Shown: piece after piece, positions 35,917 to 49,530 of the stretch | How the letters are laid out: each line of letters starts with the position of its first letter | Position numbering within the stretch: the first letter of the stretch is position 1 | Assembly: GCA_030390025.1 (NCBI GenBank) | Contig: CM059431.1 | Coordinates: 117,740,001 to 117,804,000 of the forward strand | DNA length: 64,000 nucleotides | Source of the DNA: Squalus acanthias | Lineage: Eukaryota | Direction: 5' to 3' | Program-made: the position numbers and the translations under genes | The notes under the pieces: generated by a model | The model's database searches: none | The model's input: the letters and a program-made list of their open reading frames with translations, nothing else | What the model was told of the DNA's origin: nothing

Positions 35917-36734
35917 GGGCGCGATCATGCCAGCCCTGGGGAGGCGGGTATGGAGGCGGGACTGCCAGGAAAATGGCAGAATTTGGGGGCGGGTGCCATC
36001 TTGCCAAGAGGTGGGTAGCCGTCCCACGCCGGGTCCTGTCTCCTTGGAGGCGGGAAGGGATTACAGCCACTTAACTGCCTGTTAACAGGTAATTAACAGG
36101 CAGAAAATAGGCTTACCACCATTTTGCCCACATAAGTGCGTGCTTCCCGAAGGCTCAGAACACCGCCAGGGTCACCGAGGCGAGTAGTGGGTCTGCGGGG
36201 GTCTGAGGGGTGCAAAAGTGTGGTGTGAAGGTAAGTGATGGGTGCAAGTGTGGAGAGGTGAGTATCTGAGGTAAGTGGAAAGTGTTAGAAAAATTGTACT
36301 TACATTTGTTTCTTCCTGCAGGCTTCAGTCGGTGGGTATGAGGAGAGTCTTGCACCTCCGCGGTAGAGATGACAGATAGCCGTTGCATTCTCCAATGCAA
36401 CAACCATCTCATTACTGCAAAAGAAAGAGGTTTGATGAGGTCTTGAATCCAAGACCTCATCAAACTACAGAGAATGTCACTGTTTGACAGCTTCACAGAG
36501 CTGTCAAACGATGACAATTCTTCTGTCAAAAACTTCTGACAGATGAAACGTCATACGCTGACGTTCTCTGCAACCGACTTTCCCTTAATTGGCCTGCTAA
36601 GCCCGCTGGGTGGGCTTAACAAGGTCAATCAAGGGAAAATAGCGTGGGTTGGCCAGAAGTTGATGGAGGCGGGACTAAAACCCGACAAGTGGGAGTCCCG
36701 CCTTCAAAAGCTCCCCATTGGCAAAATCACGCCC
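35917..36734. mobile_element. Harbinger-type non-autonomous element
   Basis: TIRs gggcgcgatcatgcca / tggcaaaatcacgccc; 3-bp TSD GCT; related to 52497-53352. Confidence 0.8.
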
Positions 36735-36763
36735 GCTGTTTTACAAAGGCCTTTGTTAATAAG

Positions 36764-37270
36764 AACATAAGAACATAAGAAATAAGAGCAGGAGTAGGCC
36801 ATATGGCCCCTCGAGCCTGCTCCGCCATTCAATAAGATCATGGCTGAACATCGAACTCAACTCCACTTTCCCGTCCGATCTCCATATCCCTTGATTCCCC
36901 TAGAGTCCAAAAATCTATCTATCTCAGCCTTGAATATACTCAAAGACTCAGCATTCACAGCCCTCTGGGGCAGAGAATTCCAAAGATTCACAACCCTCTG
37001 ATTGAAGAAATTCCTCCTCATCTCGGTCTTAAATGGCCTACCCCTTATCCTGAGACTATGCCCCCTAGTTCTAGACACTCCAGCCAGAGGAAACAACCTC
37101 TCAGCATCTACTCTGTCAATCCCCTTCAAAATCTTGTATGTTTCAATGAGATCACCTCTCATTCTTCTAAACTCCAGAGAGTATAGGCCCTTTTTACACA
37201 ATCTCTCATTGTAGAACAGCCCTCTCATCCCAGGAATCAGTCTAGTGAACCTTTGTTGCACCGCCTGCAA
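36764..37270 (-). mobile_element. CR1 LINE 3' fragment
   Basis: ORF VQQRFTRLIPGMRG..RGDLIETYKI..WNSLP; (TTCTTATG)n tail. Confidence 0.92.
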
Positions 37271-37374
37271 GGTGATAGAATAATAATAGAATAATATGAG
37301 TATCAGTCATTAAAAAACACTGTCATTGTTAAATAAAATCTTTAGTAGCAAGCAAAAATGAGACAGGAATTATA

Positions 37375-39150
37375 GAGCCATAGAGTCATAGAGTTATACA
37401 GCACAGAAAGAGGCCCTTCGGCCTATCGTGTCCGCGCCGGCCATCAAGCCCTGTCTATACTAATCCCATTTTCCAGCACTTGGTCCGTAGCCTTGTATGC
37501 TATGGCATTTCAAGTGCTCATCTAAATGCTTCTTGAATGTTGTGAGGGTTCCTGCCTCTACCACCCTTTCAGGCAGTGAGCTCCAGATTCCAACCACCCT
37601 CTGGGTGAAAAAGTTTTTCCTCAAATCCCCTCTAAACCTCCTGCCCCTTACCTTGAAACTATGCCCCCTGGTTATTGACCCCTCTACTAAGGGGAAAAGT
37701 TCCTTTCTATCTACCCTATCTATGCCCCTCATAATTTTGTACACCTCAATCTGGTCCCCCCTCAGCCTTCTCTGCTCTAAGGAAAACAACCCCAGCCTGT
37801 CTAGTCTCTCTTCATAGCTGAAGCACTCCAGCCCAGGTAACATCCTGGTGAATCTCCTCTGCACCCTCACCAATGCAGTCACATCCTTCCTATAGTGTGG
37901 CGACCAGAGCTGCACACAGTATTCCAGCTGTGGCCTAACTAACGTTTTGTACAGCTCCATCATAACATCCCTGCTCTTATATTCTCTGCCTCGGCTAATG
38001 AAGGTAAGTATCCCATATGCCTTTTTAACCGCCTTATCTACCTGTCCTGCTGCCTTCAGTGATCTATGTACATGCACACCAAGGTCCCTCTGATCCTCTG
38101 TCCTTCCTAGGGTCCTACCATTCATTGTGTATTCCCTTGCCTTGGTAGTCCTCCCAAAATGCATCACCTCACACTTTTCAGGGTTAGAAACATAGAAAAT
38201 AGGTGCAGGAGTAGACCATTCGGTCCTTCGAGCCTGCACCGCCATTCAATGCGTTCATGGCTGAACATGCTACCTCAGTACCCCATTCCTGCTTTGTCGC
38301 CATACCCCTTGATCCCCCTAGTTGTGAGTATTATATCTAACTCCCTTTTGAATATATTTAGCGAACTGGCCTCAACAACCTTCTGTGGTAGAGAATTCCA
38401 CAGATTCACCACTCTCTGGGTGAAGAAGTTCCTCCTCATCTCAGTCTTAAATGGCTTCCCCTTTATCCTTAGACTGTGACCTCTGGTTTTAGTTTTCCCT
38501 AACATTGGAAACATTCTGCCCGCATCTAATTTGTCTAAACCAGTCAGGATTTTAAACGTCTCTATAAGATCCCCCCTCATTCTTCTGAACTCCAGAGGAT
38601 ACAAGTTCAGTTGATCCAGTCTTTCTTGACATGTCAGTCTGGCCATCCCAGGAATCAATCTAGTGAACCTTCGTTGCACTCCCTCAATAGCAAGAATGTC
38701 CTTCCTCAAGTTAGGAGACCAAAACTGCACACAATACTCCAGGTGTGGCCTCACCAAGGCCCTGTACAACTGTAGCATCACCTCCCTACTCCTGTACTCA
38801 AATCCCCTTGCTATGAAGGCCATCATGCCATTTGCTTTCTTGACTGCCTGCTGCACTTGCCTTCCCACCTTCAGTGACTGATGTACCATGACGCCCATGC
38901 ACCTCCCCTTTCCCTAATCTGCCACCATTCAGGTAATAGTCTGCCTCCCTATTTTTACCACCAAAGTGGATAACCTCACATTTATCCACATTGTACTTCA
39001 TCTGGTTAAATTCCATTTGTCACTGTTCTGCCCATCTAACCAACCCGTCTATATCATCCTGTAGCCTGAGGCTTCCCTCCTCGCTATTTACCACTCCACC
39101 AATTTTCGTGTCATCTGCGAGCTTACTGATTATACTTCCTACATTCATAT
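37375..39150 (-). mobile_element. Two nested CR1 3' fragments (38186-~38996 inserted into 37375-39150)
   Basis: Two separate RT C-terminal ORFs (37460-38245 and 38275-38898), each with its own tail; the outer copy resumes with ..ADDTKIGG near 39000-39150. Confidence 0.85.
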
Positions 39151-40839
39151 CTATATGTATGACTACACAACGAGCAATATCCTTCCTAGAGATTATATCT
39201 GATTTGTTCTGTGGACATCCAAAATGTCGAAACGAGATTATGTTGCCCAGGTATTACAATTGTACTAAATGGCAAGAAAGATTAAAATTTGACTAATTAT
39301 AACACATAATGAAGCTGATTACAAATATTTGTCTTCATAGACTGCTCATTGAATTTTATCTTTTGTTCCCCATTTTATTTATCTCCTGTTCCGATGTGCT
39401 GTTAGCTGCTCAAATTACATCGACATACAAGCTTTTAATAAATAAAATGGAAGTCAGTTTCCCTATTCCACATTAATGGAGACAAATGACAACTTCATTA
39501 CATGTCCTGCAAGATCAAGGTAATTACTGTTGCTGTCACAGCTCTGTGCAGATCACTGGCTTCAGGATGGTTCCATCTTCATTGAAAAGAGCTGCTGTCA
39601 GAAATACATTATTATTTTTCATTGCTGTAATTGTCTAAATGTAGGAAAAAGATCACCATTTCTTTTTCTTAAAATTATTAACATGCAAAAACATTTATTG
39701 AGGCATTACTAAGGGGAACATTACACTGGTGCAATCTGTTAATAAGACAAGGAACTATGGATGATAAGAGAATCGTCATGCACTTTGAGTAACATATAGA
39801 CAGTTGATATTGATATATTTTCTGGTCCATAAGAGTACTAAGTAGGCTGATAAAAAGTGCTTTTTATTATATCATAGTATTCAAACAGAAAAATCATGGA
39901 ACTTGGCTTCATTTATTTTCTTCAGTGGTTCCCTTATCACATTTTTAACACACTTACATTTGAATAATCCAATTTATCTCTACTTTACCGACAAGTCTGG
40001 CTCTAATGATTTTCTTTTGTTCATGGGAATACAAATGAACACTTGTCTGGAAATCTTTTTGTTCCTTTAAATACTTAGCTCCTCAACTTGGCACATGACT
40101 TCTGCGACTTGCTAGCTACTCCTCTCAACAAGTGCATCTCCAGAATGAAAACTGCACTTTTATTATCGTTCATATGATTTATTTCTCTGTGTATACTGAC
40201 TATTGTCCCAGAATTACAGAAATTCTGCAGAAGCACTTTGAAAATGTCCCAACATAGTACCACTATGAAACCAAAGGAATAACAGACCTCAAGCTGTTAT
40301 TGTAGAGGGGGGGGGGTTGGGGGCGGGGCGGGGGGGGGGGGGCGGGTGGAGGTTAGAAACAGTGATTTACAAATCTATTAGATAGGAACTTTAAGAGCCA
40401 GAAAATAGTGGGCAAGACAAAGTTTGAAGTTGAGACCAATTTCTGTCAATAAACTGCTTACTCTGTTAGAAACTATGTTAAGTGAACCCATAAAACCTGA
40501 GACAGAAGATTTCTTCTGTACAGCCTAACAGTGGGGAATTGCCTGATACATAATGAACCACTGATACAATTAGAGCCGTTGGGTTTAAGAAGCAGAAAAG
40601 TTCCTTAGCCAGCAAACATATAGAGAATATCTATAAGGAAAGGAAAGATCAGCTGAAACCGTCACATGGAGAGTCAAAGTAGGTCCTTAGATATTCTCAC
40701 ACTAGCATTCCTACGGGCAATTTTTAAATTATAGTAACCAGCTTAATGATCTTTCATTGCAGTGGCAATACAAGCAATTGATTCTTATTAATAACTCCTG
40801 GATGTGAAACATGACCTCCACTTAAGTTTGGAGATAACT

Positions 40840-41340
40840 GGGGAGAAATTGGACCTCATTATGCCAGTTTTCCAGGTATGAAATGGGGCAAAAAGGTCCA
40901 GTTTGGTTGGGCTATGTCCCACCCCCCAAGAGCACCTGAAATACATCTGACTATATTTTGGCTCAGGACTATTCAGGCGTCCCTGGTGGCCACCTTAAAC
41001 AGGCATTAGGCTTCTTGCATATGTAAATGAGTATCCTAACGACTGTTTAAGAACTTCTCTCTGAAATTTGTCAGCGCTGAGCACAGCATGTGCTGGGCAT
41101 GCTTTGCTTAGGTTTTTCTGTTCAAAAAGGAAGGTAAGTTTCTTCTTTTTAACGTGCCCTTATGTGAAGCAAGGCAGAACAGGAGTTCTACTCCTGGCTC
41201 CACAGCACCCCTGAGGATCGTTGCCAACCTGCGCTCACCCCCTCCCATTCTCCTTGCCCGCAGGACCTACTTGAGAGCTGAAGCAGGTGTTGCAGCCAAC
41301 CAAAATTGGCAGGCAGAAGGTCATGTTTCACATCCAGAAG
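40840..41340. mobile_element. Degenerate Harbinger-like non-autonomous element
   Basis: ggggagaaattggacc start; internal similarity to 55915-56440 (tatgtaaatgag / tatgctaatgag, aggagttc..cct). Confidence 0.4.
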
Positions 41341-43989
41341 TTATTAATATCAATCAAATGCTTGTCTCAACCCTGCAGTGAAATATTATTATACCGGTTA
41401 CCATAATTTAAAAGGTGCCAGTAGGAATGCTAATATGAGAATATCTAAGAGCCTCAGGACTTTAGCTACTTATGCAGTAGAGGCAGTTTCCATAGTTTTG
41501 GAGGAGGGGCTCTCCATATTGGTATTACTCATATTAGCTGAGGTCTATTATCTGGATAGGCTTTGCCTCTGGATCTAGAACAGCATAAATGAGAGCTGTG
41601 GAAGAAATCACTGACAATAATGGTTTGGTTGCTCCTTAGTCTTTCTCAAATGTTTCGATGTTTAAGGCAGTTTTGTGCAACTTGAATCTATCAGACAATT
41701 CAAATGGTTTTTGTTCAATTGTTTGCCTATAGCAAATTAATCTGACAAGGTTCTGCCCAACTCTAATGAACATATTGTAGATAACATGATGCTTACTTTA
41801 TGTACTTTATGTACTTTATGGTAGGTCTCTGTACCAGACTGAAACACCTCTTTTGATTTTCTGGCCACCTTTGCCGGATTTTCCAGTATGTTCACACTGG
41901 TGGGTTCCCTGGATGTTTCCCGAATGTCACAGGGGCCCAGAAGACAAATTATGCGACCATCCCCTGACCCCACGAACTTTGCCAAGGTCAAAGGCAGAGG
42001 TCAATGATGGGTGCATCTCATCCATGTTTAATAAAAATTACAATGCTTAACATTGTAATGACTGAATAAGTACATTAATAACTATATTGACACCGATCAG
42101 CAGTCTAAACCATACTCAAAATTAAATAAGAATCTTAACATCTTAGTTGAGTAATTTAATTGTTGCTCAACGGAATTACTTTCCATGGTGTAGATTAATA
42201 TTCAGGATTACGCACTTTTCAATGTCTTCACTGGAACACTGTTCTTTTCCTATGCTAACTGAAATACTTCCAAAAGATTAAGCTCTTCCTGATGACATTT
42301 TGACATGACGTCAGTGCAAATTGTCAACATTAATAAAATGTTCCACACTGACGGCATTATTCCATACTGGCAGACTTTCATTTGAACTAGTTATGTGAAT
42401 TTTACTAATGAAAAATAACCTGGAAGCTGCAGGCCTTCCATTATTATTTTTTAATATATTATTGACTAACTGCTGAGCAGAATGCAATTGCTGCCAACCT
42501 GACTTCAAAATTATTAAACATGGCGCCAAAAAAAATAACAGTACGTCTTAAGAATATGTTGCCTTGGAGTGAGCTCTTCAACATGAAACATCACCGCTAG
42601 AATAATTTATCTTTTTAAATAAATTATGTAATAGGTTTTTATTTAAGTTGATAACACTGTCAGGCTGATTATGTAGCATCAAATATCTTGCTCCCTTGCT
42701 TCTTCACTTTATTGAATTAAAGTCACATGAGAACTACAGAAGCATTTGAATGTGTGAAATAGTGTATTGGTAATTAACGTTGTAACCTTAAGCTTGTTCG
42801 CATAGTCAGAGATATTTTTTTCAATGATGGAATAAACTTTGAAGTTAATAAAAAAATATAGACATAATGGTTAGACGAAGCCCTCCAGAAACAGCATGAA
42901 ATTAATTTTAAATATTAAGTTTATCTGGCAGCAGCAGGAGAAAATTGAACTTTTACATTGTATCATAAGTCAACTGCATCTTTAATAAAATTTGAGTAGG
43001 TACTTGGTAGGGAAAGCCAGAAATGCTTTTGCAATGAATTACTTTAATAGATACCTTAACATGTTTTACATATACATTTTGAAATGTGTTTCTTAAATTT
43101 CTTCCATTGAACATTGTAAAGCGGAAAAGTGAAAGCATTGAAATACCACTACTTGTGTTGAAATTACACACAAAAAGTGCTGAGCCTGCATTTCACAATC
43201 CCATCCTTCATACTGAATTTGGTACTATTTTGCTTCCATCCCCTATATTGGGTAAACCAAATATGTGCATATATAAATGAACCATAAGAGTTTGTTCTGC
43301 ACAACCAACAGTGTTTTGAAGGTGAATTGAGCAGTACAAATGTAACTATCAGTGTGGCATTAAAGGACCTTGTTTTGCTCAACAAAGGAAATGTATAAAA
43401 ATACGCCAGAATCAGAGCACTGCATGACTTGTTAAGATATAACTAAAGGCTACATCACTGTAGAAACATAGGAGACTGGGAAAAAAAAAACTTCTTGACA
43501 GAATTTAAAAATAGCAAATTCATTTTATTTCAACTGATCTAAGTCATACTGCTTCCAGCAATTTAGCTTCCTAGCAAAAATGCTTTATGACTTGTGCTAG
43601 GAGTTAAAAGCGGATTTGGAGTGTCAGGAATTTTTGTCACCAGCACTTACTTTATATGCCACCGTTACATTATAGACCCGCAGGTATCAGCCATTCGTCA
43701 ATGCCAATATATATTTCCCAGGTTTAGTGAGTAAAACAGATCAGTTTATTGATTATAATGTTATTTATAAACTTTTCTTTAACATCTCAGCAGCAACCAA
43801 GTTTTTTTTTAAGCCATGTAACATTTCTCATCTTTTTAGGAACCAATGTTTACATAAGCATCAGTAACTGAATGGGATAATGATGGTTATCAGTATCGCT
43901 ATCATACCTAGATAGTAAGTGGTACCAATAATAAATCATAAACATCTATCTACACTACTATAAGTTTTGTATCTGTTGTGTCTGCAATA

Positions 43990-44450
43990 AAAGAAAGACT
44001 TGCATTTATATAGCGCCTTTCACAACCACTGGACGTCCCACAGCACTTTTCAGCCAATGAAGTACTATTTTAAGTGGAGTCACTGTTGCAATGTGGGAAA
44101 CGCGGCAGCCAATTTGCACACAGCAAGGTCCCACAAACAGCAATGTGATAATGACCAGATAATCTGTTTTTGTTATGTTGGCTGAGGGATAAATATTGGC
44201 CAGGACACCAGGGATAATTCCCCTACTCTTCTTCGAAATAGTGCCATGGGATTTTTGCCGTCCACCTGAGAGAGCAGACGGGGCCTCAGCTTAACGTCTC
44301 ATTTGAAAGACGGCACCTCCGACAGTGCAGCACTCCCTCAGTACTGCACTGGAGGGTCAGCCTAGTTTTATGTGCTTAAGTCCTTGGGGTGGGACTTGAA
44401 CCCACAACCTTCTGACTCAGAGGCAAGTGTGCTACCAACTGAGCCACAGC
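43990..44450 (-). mobile_element. Full-length tRNA-derived Deu-domain SINE (SacSINE1-like)
   Basis: Antisense A box gtggctcagttggtag and B box ggttcaagtccc; Deu core; L2-like tail ending in (CTTT)n. Confidence 0.85.
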
Positions 44451-47400
44451 GGGGATCGTGATGCACGATTAACCCATGCCCATTCAATGTGATGCAGGAA
44501 GCATGCCATGATTGTAGCAACTGCGCTGTTGATTAGCTGCTTGCTCCAGCAGGGGCTCAAAATTGTGAGCGGTTAGTACTACTTAAAGCTAGCCTGCACT
44601 ACTTAAAGCCAGCCTGCACCTCTTAAAGGGGAGGAGCATTTTGGCTGGAGCAGGTTGTGGAAGTCATTGGACAACAGATTCTGACCTGGGAAACATTCAA
44701 TAATGGCACAACCTGGGAGCGAGTGGGAATTCAAGGTGTTCCGATGCTGCACTGGAAGCCTTGGTTACAACCACATTTCCCACATTTTAACAGTGACTCC
44801 ACTTCAAAAGTAATTCATTGGCTGTAAAGCGCTTTGAGACGTCCGGTGGTCGTGAAAGGCACTATATAAATGCAAGTCTTTCTTTCTTTGGTGGAGGAGG
44901 TGGAAAGGAGAAAAGATGTGCTGTATCAACAGGGGGCCAGGCGGCCTCCAGACAAACATTCAGAAGGCAGTTGGAGCAGATAGCCATGGCAGTCAATGCC
45001 AGGAGTGTATCCCCATGGACCTGATGCAGTGCCGCAAGTGGTTCAATGACCTCATGCAAGTGGTCAAGGTCAGTGAATACATCTTCAAATGCCATATCCC
45101 ACCAACTGCACCACTAGCATCAGCAACTGCGCAATGCACTACACCCCCATCACTCACCTACCAACAATCTCTATCAATCAAGACTGATAGCTAACATTCA
45201 TAGCTTCACCTCACCCTCACACACTTAATACTGATGCACGCCTCACACCCACATCTCACAGCTTGCACACACTGCCAGCTATTCAACCATGAGAACCACA
45301 TCACCCAAACAGATTGCACCACACTCACTGACACATCTCTCTCTCTCTCTCTTGCAGGCACATAACCGGAGGCAGCAGGACCTAACCAGTGGGGGATAGG
45401 CATGCCTGCATGCCCTTACCCCCATGGAGGAGACGGTGCTCAACATCATTGGAATGGCCGTTGCTGAGGCCGTGGCCAGCATCGAAGCTGAAATCATAGA
45501 CGATGATGGAGCAGGCGTAGGCCATTCAGCCCTTCGAGCCTGGCAGAGCAGGCTAGAAGGGCCGAATGGCCTACTCCTGCTCCTATTTCTTATGCTCTTA
45601 TCCTTATACCTAATCCACCTTCTCACATTCCACTTCCCCCACATCCCACAATCTCTTCTGATTTACAAGCTGCAGATGGTGTAAGCATGCACCTCTTGCT
45701 TTCCCCCCTCCCCTCACCACATCCTTACGCTTGTGCCTTTCTGCTTTTAGATACCCAAGAATTATAACCTGACCAGGCAGTGATGGAAAAGCAACAGGTG
45801 GAAGAGCAAGAAGACAGTGATGATAAAGAAACACTGTCACTCGTTTTCGCACACGCAGAAACCAGCTCAGATAGTGACACTGCACTTAATTTAGAAGATA
45901 GCGTAGAGGGGGGATCTGCACATGGTGAGACACCGGGCATGAGTGGGTTGCAGTCAGGGCAGGGGCCAAGGATAATGCAGGTGCCAGCTCGCCGGAGGGT
46001 GAGGTCGCACACGAGTTCTGCTGCAGAGGACTCAGATGAGGACTTCGATGGGGCAGGCTGCAGAAGAATACTGATGGGTATTCATAATGAAATACTTGGT
46101 GCACTGGCAGGCCTGCCAGAAAGCCTGCGTGCAATGTCAAGGAGCATGGAGGAGTCTAGCACCAACTTGGCACAGGGCTTTGTGCAGTGCTTGGAGCCCA
46201 TCCTTTCCAGCATGGAAGTGGTGGCCAACTTCATTAAAACACTTGCGGACCCAAACATGATGCAGTGTCTGATGGCCGATATCTCAGCTTCCAGTGCAGC
46301 ACAAGCAGATGCCACCCAACGTCTGAGTGATGAAGTGGAAGCTCAGACTGCTGTCATACAAGGTCAGCTTGCTGCCATGAATGCTCAGACTGATGCTGTC
46401 AAGGCTTTGGATCCCAGTGATAAAAAGGGTGTCACAGCACTCCAGCAATCTGTCCTCCATCAGATTACTCGGATTGCTGAGGCATCGCCCCGGGGGATTG
46501 GCAGTGGCTCCATGGAGCATGAACCTGCTGTCCTCTCTCAGGAGGATAGCATTTGTCCTCCCACCCCACACTCTGCCAGTGCCCTTGCTGTTGCCTGTCT
46601 GCCATCCAGCCCAGACTGCTACTGCCCATGCTGAGATGGTGCAGTCCGCAGCCAGGCCTCCTAGGCCCAAAGCTGCTTGAGGTCGTCCTTAAGGCCATCT
46701 GCAATCTCCTCCACTGAAAGTTAGCAGCCTTCCACCAGCCATGCTGCAGCCACTGGGGTAGCACTGCATAGGAGCACTAGGACAGACAAAGACACATGGA
46801 AGACAGGCACTAAGAGAATGCACAGGATGATTAGTTTACATTTGTATGCAATATGGCATGATTCCATTTATAAATTTAGTTTGGAATGTTTATTTTGTGT
46901 TGGCTTTTATTTTAGCATTGTGGCCCAGCAGATGCTGAGATGGTCAGTGACAGAGGGAAGGTAATATGGCGAGGTTATGCAGCATGCAGCAGTCCACCAC
47001 GAATCTGGACACCCGCTCTGCCGAGTACTGCAGGGCTGCTCTAGAGCGGTCCAGGCAGTGGACCATTATTTCAGCACGCCAATGGTCTGCTCTATCACAT
47101 TTTGTGTGGCAGCATGGCTTTCATTGCATGCATGCTGTGCACGTCTGCTTGGGTTGCGCACCGGAGTCATCAAACATGTCGTCAGCGGATAGCCCTTGTC
47201 GCCCAGTAGCCATCCTTTGGTTTGCCATGGTGGTTCAAATGCAGCTGGCACAGCGGACTAGCACAGAATGAAGGCATCATGAAAGTGGAATCCCTTTCAG
47301 TTCTGATATAGAGCAGAGTTACAGGTGGCGCCCACAAAGCGATGTGCTTGCAGTCAATGGCACCCTGCACCTTGGTGTCATATAGTCATGACCCTGAGAT

Positions 47401-49010
47401 GAACTTCCGACCACATATCCATGCCATCACTAAGACCACCTATTTCCATCTCCGGATCATGACTTGACTCCGCCACGCCTCAGCTCATCTACTGCTGAAA
47501 CGTTCATTCATGCCTTTGTTACCTCTAGACTTGACTATTCCAATGCACTCCTGGCCAGCCTCCCACGTTCTACCCTCCATAAATTTGAGGTCATCCAAAA
47601 CTCTGCTGCCCATGTCCTAACTCGCACCAAGTCCCGTTCACCCATCAACCCTATGCTCACTCACTTACGTTGGCTCCCGGTTAAGTAACGCTTAAAATTC
47701 TCATCCTTGTTTTCAAATGCCTCCATGGACTCGCCCCTCCCTATCTCTGTAATCTCATCCAGCCCCACAACCCCCCAACATATCTACGCTCCTCTAATTA
47801 TGGTGCCTTGAGCATTCCCAATTTTAATCGCTCCACCATCAGTAGCCGTACCTTCAGCTGCCAAGGTCCTAAGCTCTGGAATTCCCTCCCTAAACCTCTC
47901 CGCCTCTCCACCTCTCTCTCCTCCTTTAAGATGCTCCTCAAGACCTACCTTTTTGACCAAGCTTTTGGTCACCTGCCCTAATATCTCCTTATGTGGCTCG
48001 GTGTCAAATTTTGTTTTATAACGCTCCTGTGAAGCACCTTGGGATGTTTTACTATGTTAAAGGCACTATATAAATACAAGGTATTGTTGTTGTTGTTGTT
48101 GTTGAAGCCTGCAATCCTAGCAAAGCCGTGTGCTCACTCCGCCTGCTGCTCTCTGGCAGGAGAGAATGAAATGTAGTCAGCTCCCTTTGAATAGAGAGCC
48201 TCAGTGACCTCCCTGAACAACAGTGGACGGCAAAGTGTGGAATGTTGCAAATATCTCCAGCTCCAACCTGAAAGGAGCCAGACACATAAAAGTTTATCAC
48301 CACGGTCACCTTCGCAGCCACTGGCAATGCGGTCATCATCCTGCTCTAAGGTTGCAGTTATGGCTGCAGCAGTTGGCAGATTTCAGTGAGGACATCCTTA
48401 CTGAAACGCAGACGTCTCACACAATGTTCCTCACTGAGGTTCAGCGAGGAGAATTGCTCCCTGTTCCCCCTGGGCGGTTATGGCTTCCTTCTAATAGCCC
48501 TTCTCCCCCTCCTTCTCCTCCCTCTTCCAGCAACTTGTCCTGCTCTGCGTGGCCTCTGTTCATTCTCCAAGTCATGCTGTATTCCGAGGGGAATGCCTAC
48601 TAGTGCACCAATGTCTGGGAGCAAGTGGATTGTGCAGAAGCCTTGAAGTCAGCAAAAAGTCCTTCAGCACCTGCCGCACCACTCCCTGTAGACTTTTGTA
48701 ACTTGAAACACCTATAGAAAGCGCAAAACACTGATAGAATCATAGCAATAGCCAGAAGAAATCAACCAGCAACTATCCTGTAAGTAGTTGATGGTCCTTT
48801 TAAATAGCATTGGTGGAGGGGAGCGGGGGGGGGGGGTCCTTCCTGCTGCTGAACACGTTTTCAGCTGTGCGAGCTTAAGAGAGGGCGTTGGCTGGAGCGT
48901 TGTGCTCCAAAATAGTACTGCTGGCATCAAATTAGTGTTGCACGCTGATTGACGTCATGATCTGCCTGCTCTGCATACTTCCGGTAGACATTTACAGTGT
49001 GCGTGCTGAG
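44451..49010. mobile_element. Decayed PIF/Harbinger transposon (Myb/SANT gene on +, transposase on -) with SINE, CR1 and L2 insertions
   Basis: Myb exon W..QCRKWFNDL at ~45000-45070 and 284-aa ORF 45780-46634; antisense GWLLGDKGYPL, QGAIDCKHIAL and ALPVAAKVTVVINFYVSGSFQ; termini not resolved. Confidence 0.85.
47375..48103 (+). mobile_element. L2 LINE 3' fragment inserted in the Harbinger transposase
   Basis: HAFVTSRLDYSNALL..QNSAA..LRWLPV; (TTG)n tail. Confidence 0.9.
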
Positions 49011-49011
49011 T

Positions 49012-49412
49012 AGAATGGGCCTATATTCTCTGGAGTTTAGAAGAATGAGAGTTGATCTCATTGAAACATATACAATTCTGAGAGGGCTTGACAGGGTAGA
49101 TGCAGAGAGTCTAGAACTAAGGGACATAGTCTCAGGATAAGGGGTCGGCCATTTAGGAATGAAATGAGGAGAAATTCTTTGACTGAGAGGGTTGTGAATC
49201 TTTGGAATTCTCTACCCCACGGGTTGTGGATGCTCAGTCGTTGAGTATATTCAGGGCTGAGTACAATAGATTTTTGGACTCTAAGGGAATCAAGAGAATG
49301 GGTATACTACAGGAAAGTGGAGTTGAGGTCGAAGATCAGCCATGATCTTATTGAATGGTGGAGCAGGCTCGAAGGGCCGTATGGCCTACTCCTGCTCCTA
49401 TTTCTCATGTTC
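49012..49412 (+). mobile_element. CR1 LINE 3' fragment
   Basis: GLYSLEFRRMRVDLIETY; 3' UTR ggagcaggctcgaagggccg..cctactcctgctcc. Confidence 0.85.
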
Positions 49413-49530
49413 TTATGAAATGTTAACCCTAACTTCCTCTCTCCGCAGGTTATTCCTGACCTGCTGAGCGTTCCGAGCAATTTTTGGTTTTATTTCAGAT
49501 TGCCAGCTACCGCAGTGTTTTGCTTTTTGT
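49413..49530 (+). mobile_element. Penelope 3'-terminal remnant
   Basis: Similar to 63104-63210 (gaaatgttaac..ctctccgcag..cctgctgag..tttcagattgccagc); only the GAAA half of the hammerhead remains. Confidence 0.6.

Noticed and set aside
44380..44450. tRNA gene
   Set aside because: It is the A/B-box head of a SINE and runs directly into the Deu domain
45780..46634. 284-aa ORF as a novel host gene
   Set aside because: It is homologous to the Harbinger Myb/SANT gene C-terminal exons at 30895-31976 and lies within a transposon
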